Source: a virus
Lineage: Duplodnaviria; Caudoviricetes
DNA: 55,517 nucleotides
Direction: 5' to 3' (one strand)
Virus record (IMG/VR): IMGVR_UViG_3300045454_000013
Span: 1-55,517 of that record
The notes below the pieces were generated by a model. It was not told the DNA's origin. It did not search any database and worked only from the letters and a program-made list of their open reading frames with translations. The translations under genes were made by a program, and so were the position numbers. Position 1 is the first letter of the stretch, and every line of letters starts with the position of its first letter. This document shows, in pieces, positions 1-8,351 of this stretch.

Positions 1-2
1 CC

Positions 3-127
3 CGCCTGACCTCGCGCGCAGCGCGCGAGCTGTTCCTCGACGAGACCGGCGCCGCCACGGCCGAGTACGCGATCGCCACCATGGCGGCCGTCGCATTCGC
101 GGGCCTGCTCGTGGTCATCATGCGCTC
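3..127 (+). pseudogene. 5' part of host Flp-pilin-like (DUF4244-type) gene, interrupted by the prophage; start lies upstream of the window
   Basis: Frame reads RLTSRAARELFLDETGAATAEYAIATMAAVAFAGLLVVIMRS: G-x4-EY prepilin motif followed by a hydrophobic helix. Confidence 0.85.
112..127 (+). repeat. Left att core TGGTCATCATGCGCTC
   Basis: Exact match to 55391-55406; sequences diverge on both sides. Confidence 0.92.
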
Positions 128-305
128 ACAACCGACGAACCTGTGGACAGATGAGATGAGGCGAGACCGTGTCCATGGCACAGTGAACGCCGTGAACGAT
201 CTGGACTATGGTGCACAGCCACCCTGCGGCACCTGTGGGACGGTGCTGCACGATCACCCGCGAGGGTTCATGTGCTGGACGTGCGGCACCGTCACCACAA
301 GCTGA
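128..305 (+). CDS. Small Zn-ribbon protein, in frame with the att core; start uncertain
   Basis: CGTC...CWTC motifs; open frame from the att core to TGA at 303-305. Confidence 0.5.
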
Positions 306-310
306 CCGGG

Positions 311-1219
311 CTAGGCGACGGTAGTGAACGCCGCCGCAGTCAGGTAGGTGGCTGGGATTCCGCGGACACCGCGGGTCGGATGGTACTGCTCCGTGGTGCG
401 GATATCGGCGTGCCCAGCGAACTCGCGCGCATCCTGAATGGTCCCGCCGCCGTCGAACACCATCGTGATCGCGGCGCGGCGCAGCGCGTGCGGGTTCACC
501 CGGCCGATGCCAGCTTTCACGCCGAGCGCACGGACCCACGCATACGCCCCGTTGCGGTCCTGCGGTGTGCCGTCCCGTCGCGTGACGATCGGCCCCTCGG
601 CGCGGCCGGCGCGGGCGGTCTCGATGATCTCAGACAGCACCGGTGGCACGTCTACGGTGTGCACCCGTGACCCCTTCTCCCTGACCCGCAGCGTCGGTGC
701 GCCGTGATGGGTAGTCGTTATCCCTTCCAGGCGAGCGATGCACGCCGCGGTGACCCGAAGGCCGCCGATCGCCATCAGCGCGACGAGCGCATGATGGGCG
801 GGGCTGGCCGCTTCGGCTGCGCGGAGCAGCGCACCGACCTGGAACCGGTCGAGCCACACCAGCCGGTCAGGGTCGCGCTCGAGCTTCGGGAGCCGCAGCA
901 TCCGCGTAGGGTCGCGCTCGATCGCCTCGTCATCGACGGCGAGCGCGTAGAACCCGCGCAGGGTGTGCATCCGCCGGCGGGCCGATGAGGTCCGGTTCTG
1001 GCGGGTGACGGTGAGATGCTCGAGGAACGCTTCGAGATCTCGCCTGCGGGCGGACAGTGGCGACATGCCGCGTTCGGCGCACCACTGGAAGTAGATACGC
1101 AGATCCCCGGCGTACAGGTCCCGGGTGTAGCCGGCGTACCGGTTCAGGAACGCCGCTCTGGCTTCCTTGTCGGCGGGGGTAATAGTGCTGTTGCCCTCAC
1201 GGGCGGTATCGTCGCTCAC
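311..1219 (-). CDS. Tyrosine recombinase (XerC/D-like)
   Basis: GLRV, VREKG, PHALRR, AGHAD and TTEQY give the R-K-H-R-H-Y catalytic set; GTG at 1219 preceded by GGAGG. Confidence 0.92.
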   Translation of the reverse strand: MSDDTAREGNSTITPADKEARAAFLNRYAGYTRDLYAGDLRIYFQWCAERGMSPLSARRRDLEAFLEHLTVTRQNRTSSARRRMHTLRGFYALAVDDEAIERDPTRMLRLPKLERDPDRLVWLDRFQVGALLRAAEAASPAHHALVALMAIGGLRVTAACIARLEGITTTHHGAPTLRVREKGSRVHTVDVPPVLSEIIETARAGRAEGPIVTRRDGTPQDRNGAYAWVRALGVKAGIGRVNPHALRRAAITMVFDGGGTIQDAREFAGHADIRTTEQYHPTRGVRGIPATYLTAAAFTTVA

Positions 1220-1358
1220 AGCGACCTCCACTCATCCTGGATGTCGTCAGCCCCGGTCTGCTGTTGGCGCAGCGGCCGGGGCGCTCGTCTTCTGCGACGA
1301 GACTCTGAGCATAACCCCACCCGGCGACGTCGCGGGCGGATTCCCAGGAACGACGAAG

Positions 1359-1408
1359 AGAGCCCCCGACCCGACCGCCCTGCGTGAGGGGGCCGAGCCG
1401 GGGGCTCT
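1359..1408 (-). terminator. Hairpin terminator after the endolysin
   Basis: AGAGCCCCC...GGGGGCTCT imperfect stem, followed on the minus strand by TTCGTCGTTCC. Confidence 0.6.
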
Positions 1409-1420
1409 GGGGTTGGGCTG

Positions 1421-1744
1421 TTACGCCTTCGTCTTCGCGTACCGGGACAGGCCGAGGAAGGCCGCGACCGAGCCTGCCCAGCCGACGACGATCGACGCGG
1501 CCTGATCGGCGACGGTGACGTCGAGCACACCGGTCAGCGCGAGCACCGATGCGATCGGGCCGGCGGACGCGACGGTGAGCCCGAACGCGATCCACAACGG
1601 CTTCGCGACGTTGTCGGGCACCATGGGCTCGGCGGGCTTCTCGATCCCAGAGCCGTTCGCCTTGCTCAGGAAGGCGTCGAGCTGCTCCGGGGTGAGCGGG
1701 ACGAGAACGACCGGCTCGGGCGTGGGTTCTTGTTCGGTGGGCAT
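1421..1744 (-). CDS. Putative holin, nested in frame within the endolysin ORF (107 aa)
   Basis: GGAGGAGG Shine-Dalgarno just before the internal ATG at 1744; two hydrophobic helices and a basic tail. Confidence 0.55.
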   Translation of the reverse strand: MPTEQEPTPEPVVLVPLTPEQLDAFLSKANGSGIEKPAEPMVPDNVAKPLWIAFGLTVASAGPIASVLALTGVLDVTVADQAASIVVGWAGSVAAFLGLSRYAKTKA

Positions 1745-3199
1745 GGGCTCCTCCTCCGGGGTATCCGGTTCAGGGTCGGTCGGTGTGGGCTGCTCCGGCT
1801 CAGGCTCGGGGACGTGCCCGTTGATCCGGTTCGCTTCGGTCACGATCCGGTCAAGATCGAGAGTGCCGGGGCATTCGGTCGCAACCCAGTGGTTGTGGGG
1901 GAACACGTTCACACCGACCTTGAGCTCGCCGAGCTGGTGGCGGGCCGCGATGTCAGCGACCAGGCGCGCGGACAGGTCGTAGACGGCATCCGTGATGGGC
2001 CGGTCTGGGCCGCCTTCGTGCTCGATCGAGATCCCGTTCGCGTTGGAGTAGGCGTCACCGTCGCCGTGCGCGTACTCGCCCTCGGGGACGTACTGGTGGA
2101 TCTCGGTCTGCCCGATGCCGTACTGGGTTGACGTTCCAGTGCCGCGGCCGTCCTTGATCGTGCCGGGGTTCTGGAAGTGCGCGTCCGTGCCGGCAAGGGT
2201 GCCATCCATCCAATGCAGCGTGATGTGCGTCTTCACTGGTGCGGGTTCCCGGTAGCCGTAGTTCGGGGAACCGACCCACGTCGCCAGCGGCGAGTCCGGT
2301 GTGCGGTGCTTCCACGGCTGAGCCGGGTCGAGCTGCGGCGTTGCCGGCGGGGCGGTCGGCGTGGACGGCACCGTGGGGAACGCGCGGCCGTCCGATATCG
2401 GCCCCCACTTCGCATCCGTGGTGAGGCCCTCGGCGCGCTGGAACCGGTACGTCCCGCACGAGCACTGGTTCCCCCAGTCGTCGTCGGCGGCCCAGTTGTG
2501 GAACAGTCCCCGACGCTGGAGGTACTGCTGGATCTCCCGCGTCGACCGGGAGACCTGCTTCTCGCCAGCGATGATGACCCGCGCTACCCCTGACGTGTCC
2601 GGCCCGAAGATGGAATCGGCGAGCAGCCCCACCCATTCCTGGAACGTCTTCGTGCCCGCCTTCGTCTTCGGGCCCGGGTCGCCGTCGATCGCCCCGTCGT
2701 ACAGGCCGAGCGACTTGAGGAACTCCTGCGCCTCGCTTGTCGACATGGCCCCGTCAGCGGACACACCGTCGGCGAACTGTTCGAAGTCGAGCGTGCCTGT
2801 GAACGACCTTGACCGGGAGTTGTTGAACACGTAACCGTGCGACGGCCACAGCGTGACGTGCACGTGCGGGCCGACCCCCCAGTCGTTGCCGTTCGCCGAC
2901 GCGCCCGAGACCGCGATCCGCTGGCCGCGGGAGACACGATCCCCGATCTTCACTTCGACGGATGCCAGGTGCAGGTAGCGCACCCGCCGGCCGTCGTCGA
3001 GGTCGATAGTGACGAACCGTCCTGTCGCGTTGCCGTTGTGGGTTTGCCGGTCCACGACCGTGCCCGACGCGGCGGCGAGGATCGGGGTCCCGTACCCGCA
3101 CGCATAGTCGGTTCCGGGCTCAGCCGACGGCGTTGACCGCGCGAGGTGTTCGGATCGGTCGTCGCTGATCGGAGCGTTGACGGGGCGCAGATAGCCCAT
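1421..3199 (-). CDS. Endolysin: M23 peptidase + peptidoglycan-binding repeats + amidase_2 + Pro/Glu linker + C-terminal transmembrane region
   Basis: GTDY/YLHL/GPHVH (M23); DGDPGPKT and DAKWGP (PG-binding); ITLHW, ISIEHEG, FPH..TECPG (amidase). Confidence 0.9.
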   Translation of the reverse strand: MGYLRPVNAPISDDRSEHLARSTPSAEPGTDYACGYGTPILAAASGTVVDRQTHNGNATGRFVTIDLDDGRRVRYLHLASVEVKIGDRVSRGQRIAVSGASANGNDWGVGPHVHVTLWPSHGYVFNNSRSRSFTGTLDFEQFADGVSADGAMSTSEAQEFLKSLGLYDGAIDGDPGPKTKAGTKTFQEWVGLLADSIFGPDTSGVARVIIAGEKQVSRSTREIQQYLQRRGLFHNWAADDDWGNQCSCGTYRFQRAEGLTTDAKWGPISDGRAFPTVPSTPTAPPATPQLDPAQPWKHRTPDSPLATWVGSPNYGYREPAPVKTHITLHWMDGTLAGTDAHFQNPGTIKDGRGTGTSTQYGIGQTEIHQYVPEGEYAHGDGDAYSNANGISIEHEGGPDRPITDAVYDLSARLVADIAARHQLGELKVGVNVFPHNHWVATECPGTLDLDRIVTEANRINGHVPEPEPEQPTPTDPEPDTPEEEPMPTEQEPTPEPVVLVPLTPEQLDAFLSKANGSGIEKPAEPMVPDNVAKPLWIAFGLTVASAGPIASVLALTGVLDVTVADQAASIVVGWAGSVAAFLGLSRYAKTKA

Positions 3200-3223
3200 G
3201 ATGATTGCCCTTTCGGTGGGGGT

Positions 3224-3568
3224 TCAGTCGAGATTGACTGGGCGCGCGTAGGTGACGCGGCCGTTGTTCATGACCCAGATGCCGTCGCCGCCGATCTCGA
3301 GCAGCTGTGACCACCAGGCGGCGTCGTGGTTGCCGGTCCCGACGAGCGCGTGGGCGATCTCGTGCAGGATGCACTCGCGGACGTTCCGCGCGGCCGTGTC
3401 GAGCAGGTGCTCCCGGGAAAGCACGATCACCCGCGGTTCGATCCAGCACCATCCCGACAAGCCACCGTCGAGCCGGTCACACCACTCGACCCGCCACTCT
3501 TGGAGGCCGTGCTGGTCCATGAGCGTGCGGGCAAGGATCGTGATCACACCCTCAAGCTGTGACGTCAC
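3224..3568 (-). CDS. SprT-like Zn metalloprotease domain protein
   Basis: ILHEIAHAL...HDAAW motif. Confidence 0.8.
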   Translation of the reverse strand: MTSQLEGVITILARTLMDQHGLQEWRVEWCDRLDGGLSGWCWIEPRVIVLSREHLLDTAARNVRECILHEIAHALVGTGNHDAAWWSQLLEIGGDGIWVMNNGRVTYARPVNLD

Positions 3569-3589
3569 GGTGAACCTTCCCGGGAACGA

Positions 3590-3620
3590 CGAAGGCCCCC
3601 ACTGGGGATGGGGGCCTTCG
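3590..3620. terminator. Stem-loop terminator
   Basis: 12-bp perfect stem CGAAGGCCCCCA/TGGGGGCCTTCG. Confidence 0.7.
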
Positions 3621-3840
3621 AGAAGTGGTCACGCTCAGCTCGAGCCGTGGGCTCTGTGAGTTTCAAGCGGATCGGGATCGGCTTGAATCTGCACGCTCAG
3701 GATTCAACGAAACCTGAGCTATCGGTGCGTTATGCGACCCGCTTGCTTCTTGCTTCCCGATTAGGTGGGTTTCAGGACTGCAACAATCTGCGTTCGATAG
3801 GTGGAGCGGTCGAAAGGTGGCTACGCTCGGGCGGGTGGAC

Positions 3841-4362
3841 ATGCCCCGTCTGAACCGTCTCATCCGTGGTCGAACATGGCGCACCCGCAACCCCGTCTCG
3901 GGGGGTGATCGCGTGGAGCTGTTTGGCCCGGTCCATGTAAGCGCGCCGCATAGCGGCGTCCGCGTGCGCCTCGGTCGGTGGGTCAGGCTCTATCAGGGCG
4001 TCGGCTTCTACCTGGATGCCCCCGGCGCAACGGTGAGCATCGGCGAGGGGACCTACATCAACCGACGCACCGAGATTACCTGTAAGGCATCCGTGACGAT
4101 CGGGGAGCGCTGCGCCGTCTCGTGGGACGTGCTCATCACCGACACCGACTATCACGCCCTCGACGGAACGAGCCCCGTCGCGCCCGTTCGCATCGGTGAC
4201 GATGTGTGGATCGGGGCAAAGGCGATCATCCTCAAGGGCGTGACCATCGGTGACGGCGCGGTGATCGCGGCCGGGGCGGTGGTGTCCCGTGATGTTCCTG
4301 CCGGCGCGCTCGTCGGCGGCAACCCCGCTCGGGAGTTGCGCGCCGACGTGCGTTGGACGTGA
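3841..4362 (+). CDS. Hexapeptide-repeat (LbH) O-acyltransferase; moron-like
   Basis: [51 protein letters not shown]; opposite strand to the late genes. Confidence 0.9.
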   Translation: MPRLNRLIRGRTWRTRNPVSGGDRVELFGPVHVSAPHSGVRVRLGRWVRLYQGVGFYLDAPGATVSIGEGTYINRRTEITCKASVTIGERCAVSWDVLITDTDYHALDGTSPVAPVRIGDDVWIGAKAIILKGVTIGDGAVIAAGAVVSRDVPAGALVGGNPARELRADVRWT

Positions 4363-4366
4363 TCGC

Positions 4367-6202
4367 TCAGGCCAGAAGCTGGCGCTTCACGCTGAGGTCG
4401 TCGAAGTACGCGGCTCCAGTCGGTGACGCGTTGCCCTGCAACCACAGATAGACCTTGAGGTAGGCGCACCCGGCGTCTGCCACAAAGTTGATTGTGTACT
4501 CGGTCCATGCGCCGTTGTTGCCGGTGACCACCACAGCATCGGAAGTCGTGATGATCGTCGACCCGTCAGCGCGGATTGTCTGAAGCTGGATCTTCGTCTG
4601 TGTACCGGCGGGGAGTCCCGCGGTCTTGATCTTCACCTTGCCCGAGAATGCCGCGTAGGGGCCTACGGGGATGATCCGGGTGATGCTGGATGAGACAGTC
4701 GATGCCTGTTGCAGAATCTGCGCGGCGCGCGTTCCAGTCGCGTGCTCGCTCGTCACGACAGACCCCCCGGCCCCGAATGACCATCCCTTGCCGCCCGCCT
4801 CGAATCCGTAGTCGGGGACGAGCTCCTCGTCCTCGACTACCTTGCGCCCACAGTTGACCTGGAAGAGCGGCCCGAAGTCGGCTCCCGCGGACGGGAAGGC
4901 CATGCGGTTCATCTGAGTCGTCGCGATGGCGTAGGTGCCGAGGCCTGGGCCGGCGTCGTGGCCGTCCGATCCGATCTTCACCACGCGGGCCGTTTCGCAT
5001 CCCGCGCCAGAGAGGGCGGCCATTACGTCGTCGTCCCAAGACCCGTAGGGGTAGGCGAGATGGCGGACGGTTTGCCCGGAGACCTGTGCCTCGATGCGCG
5101 CCTTGCTGCCCGTGAACTCGGCGGCGACCTGCGTGGGTGTGAGCGATTCGAGGTCCAGGTGGTTGACGGTGTGGGACTGGATGTCGTGGCCCCACGCCTT
5201 CCACTGCTGAATCTGCGTCCAGGTTGCTACCGTGTCAGTCGCCCCGAACGACGGCCCGGTGATCGTGCCGTCGATCCATCCTGTCGCGATGTAGAACGTG
5301 CCCACCATGCCGCGCGTGTTGAGGGCCTGAGCGGCTGCATGCTGGGAGTTGTACCCGTCGTCGAAGGTGATGAGCAAGGGCTTCGCCGGGAGCGTGCCCG
5401 TCCCGTTCAGGTGGGCGAGCACCTGATCGGGCGTGACGGTGGTGTAGTTCCACTCCTGGTAGTAGTCCAGGTCAGTGTTGAACGCCGTGAGATTCACGGC
5501 GTGGTAGACGACGAACGTGATTCGCCGGAACCGGTCGCCGCCGAGCTGCACGGGCAGTTGCCTCGCTCCAGCAAAAGCGGCGTTAGCCGCAACTCGGGTC
5601 GCGCTTCCGCCGTCCTCGAGCAGGGCCGCGACGATCGCGTCATTCGACGTCGGGACCGCCTCCGCAGCGGCCTGCGCCGCCTCGGCCGCCGCCTGCGCTG
5701 TCTCTGCAGCGGCCTGCGCCGCCTCGGCGTCGTCCTTCGCCGCGATTGCCGCGTCACGGGCAGACACCCACGCGACGACCTCCGCGCCCGGGTCTGCCGG
5801 CGAGACTGACGCGAACTCGGACAGGTCGACGGTGCCGCCCGCGGACCCGGCGATCGAGAACTCATCCTCGGGAACCACGCTCGTCGCTTCGATACTGACC
5901 AGCCACGTCCACCCTGTCGGGGTGATGTCCGGGTCACCGCCGTACGCGAGGACCACGGCTTCGCCGTTCAGCGTCTTCACATACCCGTCAGCGTCGGTGA
6001 CCGCAGCGACCGGCTCAATGTCGACGAGCCCGAACCCGGGGACGCGGATTCGCTTCGGGTTCAACTGGGGGGTGAACGTGACCGACACGCCCTCCTGCGG
6101 GTTCACGTCCGGGTCAGCGTCACCGTCCGCACCGTCGCCTTCATCGACCCAGAGCCGACCGACGACAGTGAATGTGGAAACGGATGCGGGGTATGCGCCC
6201 AT
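4367..6202 (-). CDS. Tail spike / minor tail protein with polysaccharide deacetylase (NodB/CE4) and carbohydrate-binding-like domains
   Basis: ITFDDG, SHTVNH, AYPYG motifs; C-terminal DYGFE...YFDDLSV; N-terminal anchor region plus Ala-rich helix; end of the tail module. Confidence 0.8.
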   Translation of the reverse strand: MGAYPASVSTFTVVGRLWVDEGDGADGDADPDVNPQEGVSVTFTPQLNPKRIRVPGFGLVDIEPVAAVTDADGYVKTLNGEAVVLAYGGDPDITPTGWTWLVSIEATSVVPEDEFSIAGSAGGTVDLSEFASVSPADPGAEVVAWVSARDAAIAAKDDAEAAQAAAETAQAAAEAAQAAAEAVPTSNDAIVAALLEDGGSATRVAANAAFAGARQLPVQLGGDRFRRITFVVYHAVNLTAFNTDLDYYQEWNYTTVTPDQVLAHLNGTGTLPAKPLLITFDDGYNSQHAAAQALNTRGMVGTFYIATGWIDGTITGPSFGATDTVATWTQIQQWKAWGHDIQSHTVNHLDLESLTPTQVAAEFTGSKARIEAQVSGQTVRHLAYPYGSWDDDVMAALSGAGCETARVVKIGSDGHDAGPGLGTYAIATTQMNRMAFPSAGADFGPLFQVNCGRKVVEDEELVPDYGFEAGGKGWSFGAGGSVVTSEHATGTRAAQILQQASTVSSSITRIIPVGPYAAFSGKVKIKTAGLPAGTQTKIQLQTIRADGSTIITTSDAVVVTGNNGAWTEYTINFVADAGCAYLKVYLWLQGNASPTGAAYFDDLSVKRQLLA

Positions 6203-6702
6203 CAGTGGTTCCTTCCCGGTGGGGTTGTCTGTTCAAGATCAGCGCGGAGTTCCGCGTCAGCACGGTGCAGCGCTTTCACGTCGCTCTCGACGGTGTCCAT
6301 GCGGCCGTGGAGCCCTTCGACGCTCCGCGCGATCCTCTCCACGGCCTGCTCGGTGCGGCGGATGCCGTCCTTCGCGGACGTGCCGTCGTTGAAATGCACC
6401 TCGTGGTGAATGTCGGAGACCTTCTTGTCCAACGCGGCATGACGCTGGTCGGCATCGTGGTGCCGCTGATCGGATCGCTCGATGAACTCAGGGAGCCCCT
6501 GAACGGCGGTCAGGATCGCGGCGGCGTTCACGACACCCTTCGCGATCGCGACCGTGCCGGGAAGCACCTTCTTGCCGAGCTTGTAGACGCCCCACCCGGC
6601 CACCACGAACCCGGCGACCCACGCGAGGAACTCCAGGCCGCTTATCGAGCCGAGCCATGACCGGATGGGCTCGGGCAGCCATTCGACCGGACTCGATGTC
6701 AT
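6202..6702 (-). CDS. Membrane protein with coiled coil, possibly lysis-associated
   Basis: N-terminal TM helix then coiled coil; ATGA overlap with the upstream gene. Confidence 0.6.
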   Translation of the reverse strand: MTSSPVEWLPEPIRSWLGSISGLEFLAWVAGFVVAGWGVYKLGKKVLPGTVAIAKGVVNAAAILTAVQGLPEFIERSDQRHHDADQRHAALDKKVSDIHHEVHFNDGTSAKDGIRRTEQAVERIARSVEGLHGRMDTVESDVKALHRADAELRADLEQTTPPGRNH

Positions 6703-7493
6703 CGTGCAGCTCCCCACGCCCCGGCGGTCTTCTTCATGACTACCGACGGCGCCCACGCCCCGCCGCCCTTGTCGTTCGCGCGTGCCGCCGCCCACGCCCC
6801 AGCACGTTTCACGCTGCCGCCCGATATCGTGGATGCCGACCCGACGCTCGACCACGGCCCCCATCCGACCCCATTACGGGCTGACGCCTGCACGTACCGA
6901 GCCGCTCCCGGCGGGAGTGAACCGATCGTCGCGAACCGGTTACCCCCGGTGCTGACCGTCGTCGCACCGGTCATGTCGCTGTTGTCAGCGTGCCGGATCC
7001 GGTACTCCAGAATCCCGGTCCCGCCGTCATCGGCGGGTGCCGCGAAATCGACCCGCATGCTCGTCGGACCGATCTGCGAGAACGAAGGCGTGCCGCACGC
7101 TGACGGGGCTTTCGGGATCCTCGGCGGTGTCCCTTCGGACACCGACACCGACCCGTCACCGATCGACGAATGATCCGTGTCGATCGACGCGGTGGAAGTG
7201 AATCCCGAGCCGTATCCGTTCGCATCATGTTCTCGGTAGAACGTGGTGTTGAGCAGGGTGATGTCGTCGTAGCGGTTCGCGTACGGGATATTCCATGTGC
7301 CCGAGAACGCCGCACCGCCCGCGTTCGCCGACCAATACTGGGTGTTGTTGGTCCACGACCCGTATCCGCCTGAGAGGTAGCGGACGATGATCCGGTAGTA
7401 GTAGCCGTTCCCGACCGGCCCGCCCTCGCGGTAGACGTTGATGTAGATCTGCTGCGGCGCGGGTCCGTTGAGCGCACCCCACCCCTCAGTCAC
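6699..7493 (-). CDS. Minor tail protein with fibronectin type III domain
   Basis: PSAC..P, APADDGGTGILEY, VQASARNGVGWGPWS. Confidence 0.8.
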   Translation of the reverse strand: MTEGWGALNGPAPQQIYINVYREGGPVGNGYYYRIIVRYLSGGYGSWTNNTQYWSANAGGAAFSGTWNIPYANRYDDITLLNTTFYREHDANGYGSGFTSTASIDTDHSSIGDGSVSVSEGTPPRIPKAPSACGTPSFSQIGPTSMRVDFAAPADDGGTGILEYRIRHADNSDMTGATTVSTGGNRFATIGSLPPGAARYVQASARNGVGWGPWSSVGSASTISGGSVKRAGAWAAARANDKGGGAWAPSVVMKKTAGAWGAAR

Positions 7494-7740
7494 GGGGCAC
7501 CCAGTAATCGGGAAGCTTCAGCTTGTTCACCCTGAACTCGGTGTTGAGCTGCTCCAGAGTGATCACGCGGGGTGGCGACTCGGCGATCACGACCATGCCG
7601 TCCATCTCGTCGTTGATCGTTACGTCGAAAACGCCCAGCCCCAGGGAGTGCAGCCACTCTGAGACCTGGACATGGTTGCCCGGTGTGATCTTCCGGGCGA
7701 GCACGGTCCCTGAGCGGTCAGCGCGCTGAAACACGGCCAT
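7486..7740 (-). CDS. Hypothetical tail-module protein
   Basis: RBS-preceded ORF overlapping the next gene. Confidence 0.6.
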   Translation of the reverse strand: MAVFQRADRSGTVLARKITPGNHVQVSEWLHSLGLGVFDVTINDEMDGMVVIAESPPRVITLEQLNTEFRVNKLKLPDYWVPRD

Positions 7741-7758
7741 GACAGCCCCCTCTCCGGG

Positions 7759-8340
7759 TCAGTAGAAGTACAGGTCGCCGTCTTCACCGACACCGCTCGA
7801 CGGCGCGGTCGACTCGACGAAGATGCCCAGCGCCTGGCGGAACGCTTGCTTCCAGAACACGCGCCTGTCTGTGACGTTCGCCGGGGCGATGGTCACTGCG
7901 CCGGCCGCAACAGCGACATCCGCGAGCGGGAACTCGTAGACCGCAGTGGCGGTCTGCTCCAGATCCGGAGGTGCCGGGTCGGACGCTGGAGTGCCCTGCA
8001 CGATCGCGAGCTGCACCGCGTTCACCGTTCCGTACTCTTTGCGGAGCACGACAGTGTCGATACGCGGCTGCCCTGACGAGTTCGCCGCGATCACGCGGAC
8101 ATCCGGCCCGTCGGTGAGCTTGTACCGGTGCCCTTCCACGAACCCGAATCCCTCCGGGACCTTGACCTGCATACCGGATGAGTCCGCGAACACGGCCAGC
8201 CCAGAAACCACCGACGAGGGGAAGATCAGCCGGAACATCTCGGAGAACTCGACATCCGTCGTGAAGCCGAGCTCGGGGTCGAGGTCTTCGGGGTCGGCTC
8301 CCGGCGCGAGCCGGAACGGGTATGAACGCTCGGTGGCCAT
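7759..8340 (-). CDS. Minor tail protein
   Basis: SGMQVKV...PRIDTVVLR...GTPA...YEFPLA motif of actinophage tail proteins. Confidence 0.8.
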   Translation of the reverse strand: MATERSYPFRLAPGADPEDLDPELGFTTDVEFSEMFRLIFPSSVVSGLAVFADSSGMQVKVPEGFGFVEGHRYKLTDGPDVRVIAANSSGQPRIDTVVLRKEYGTVNAVQLAIVQGTPASDPAPPDLEQTATAVYEFPLADVAVAAGAVTIAPANVTDRRVFWKQAFRQALGIFVESTAPSSGVGEDGDLYFY

Positions 8341-8351
8341 GCTGTGTCCTT

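Noticed and set aside
5660-5735. Tandem GCAGCGGCCTGCGCCGCCTCGGC repeats
   Set aside because: Encode the AEAAQAA helical stalk of the tail protein
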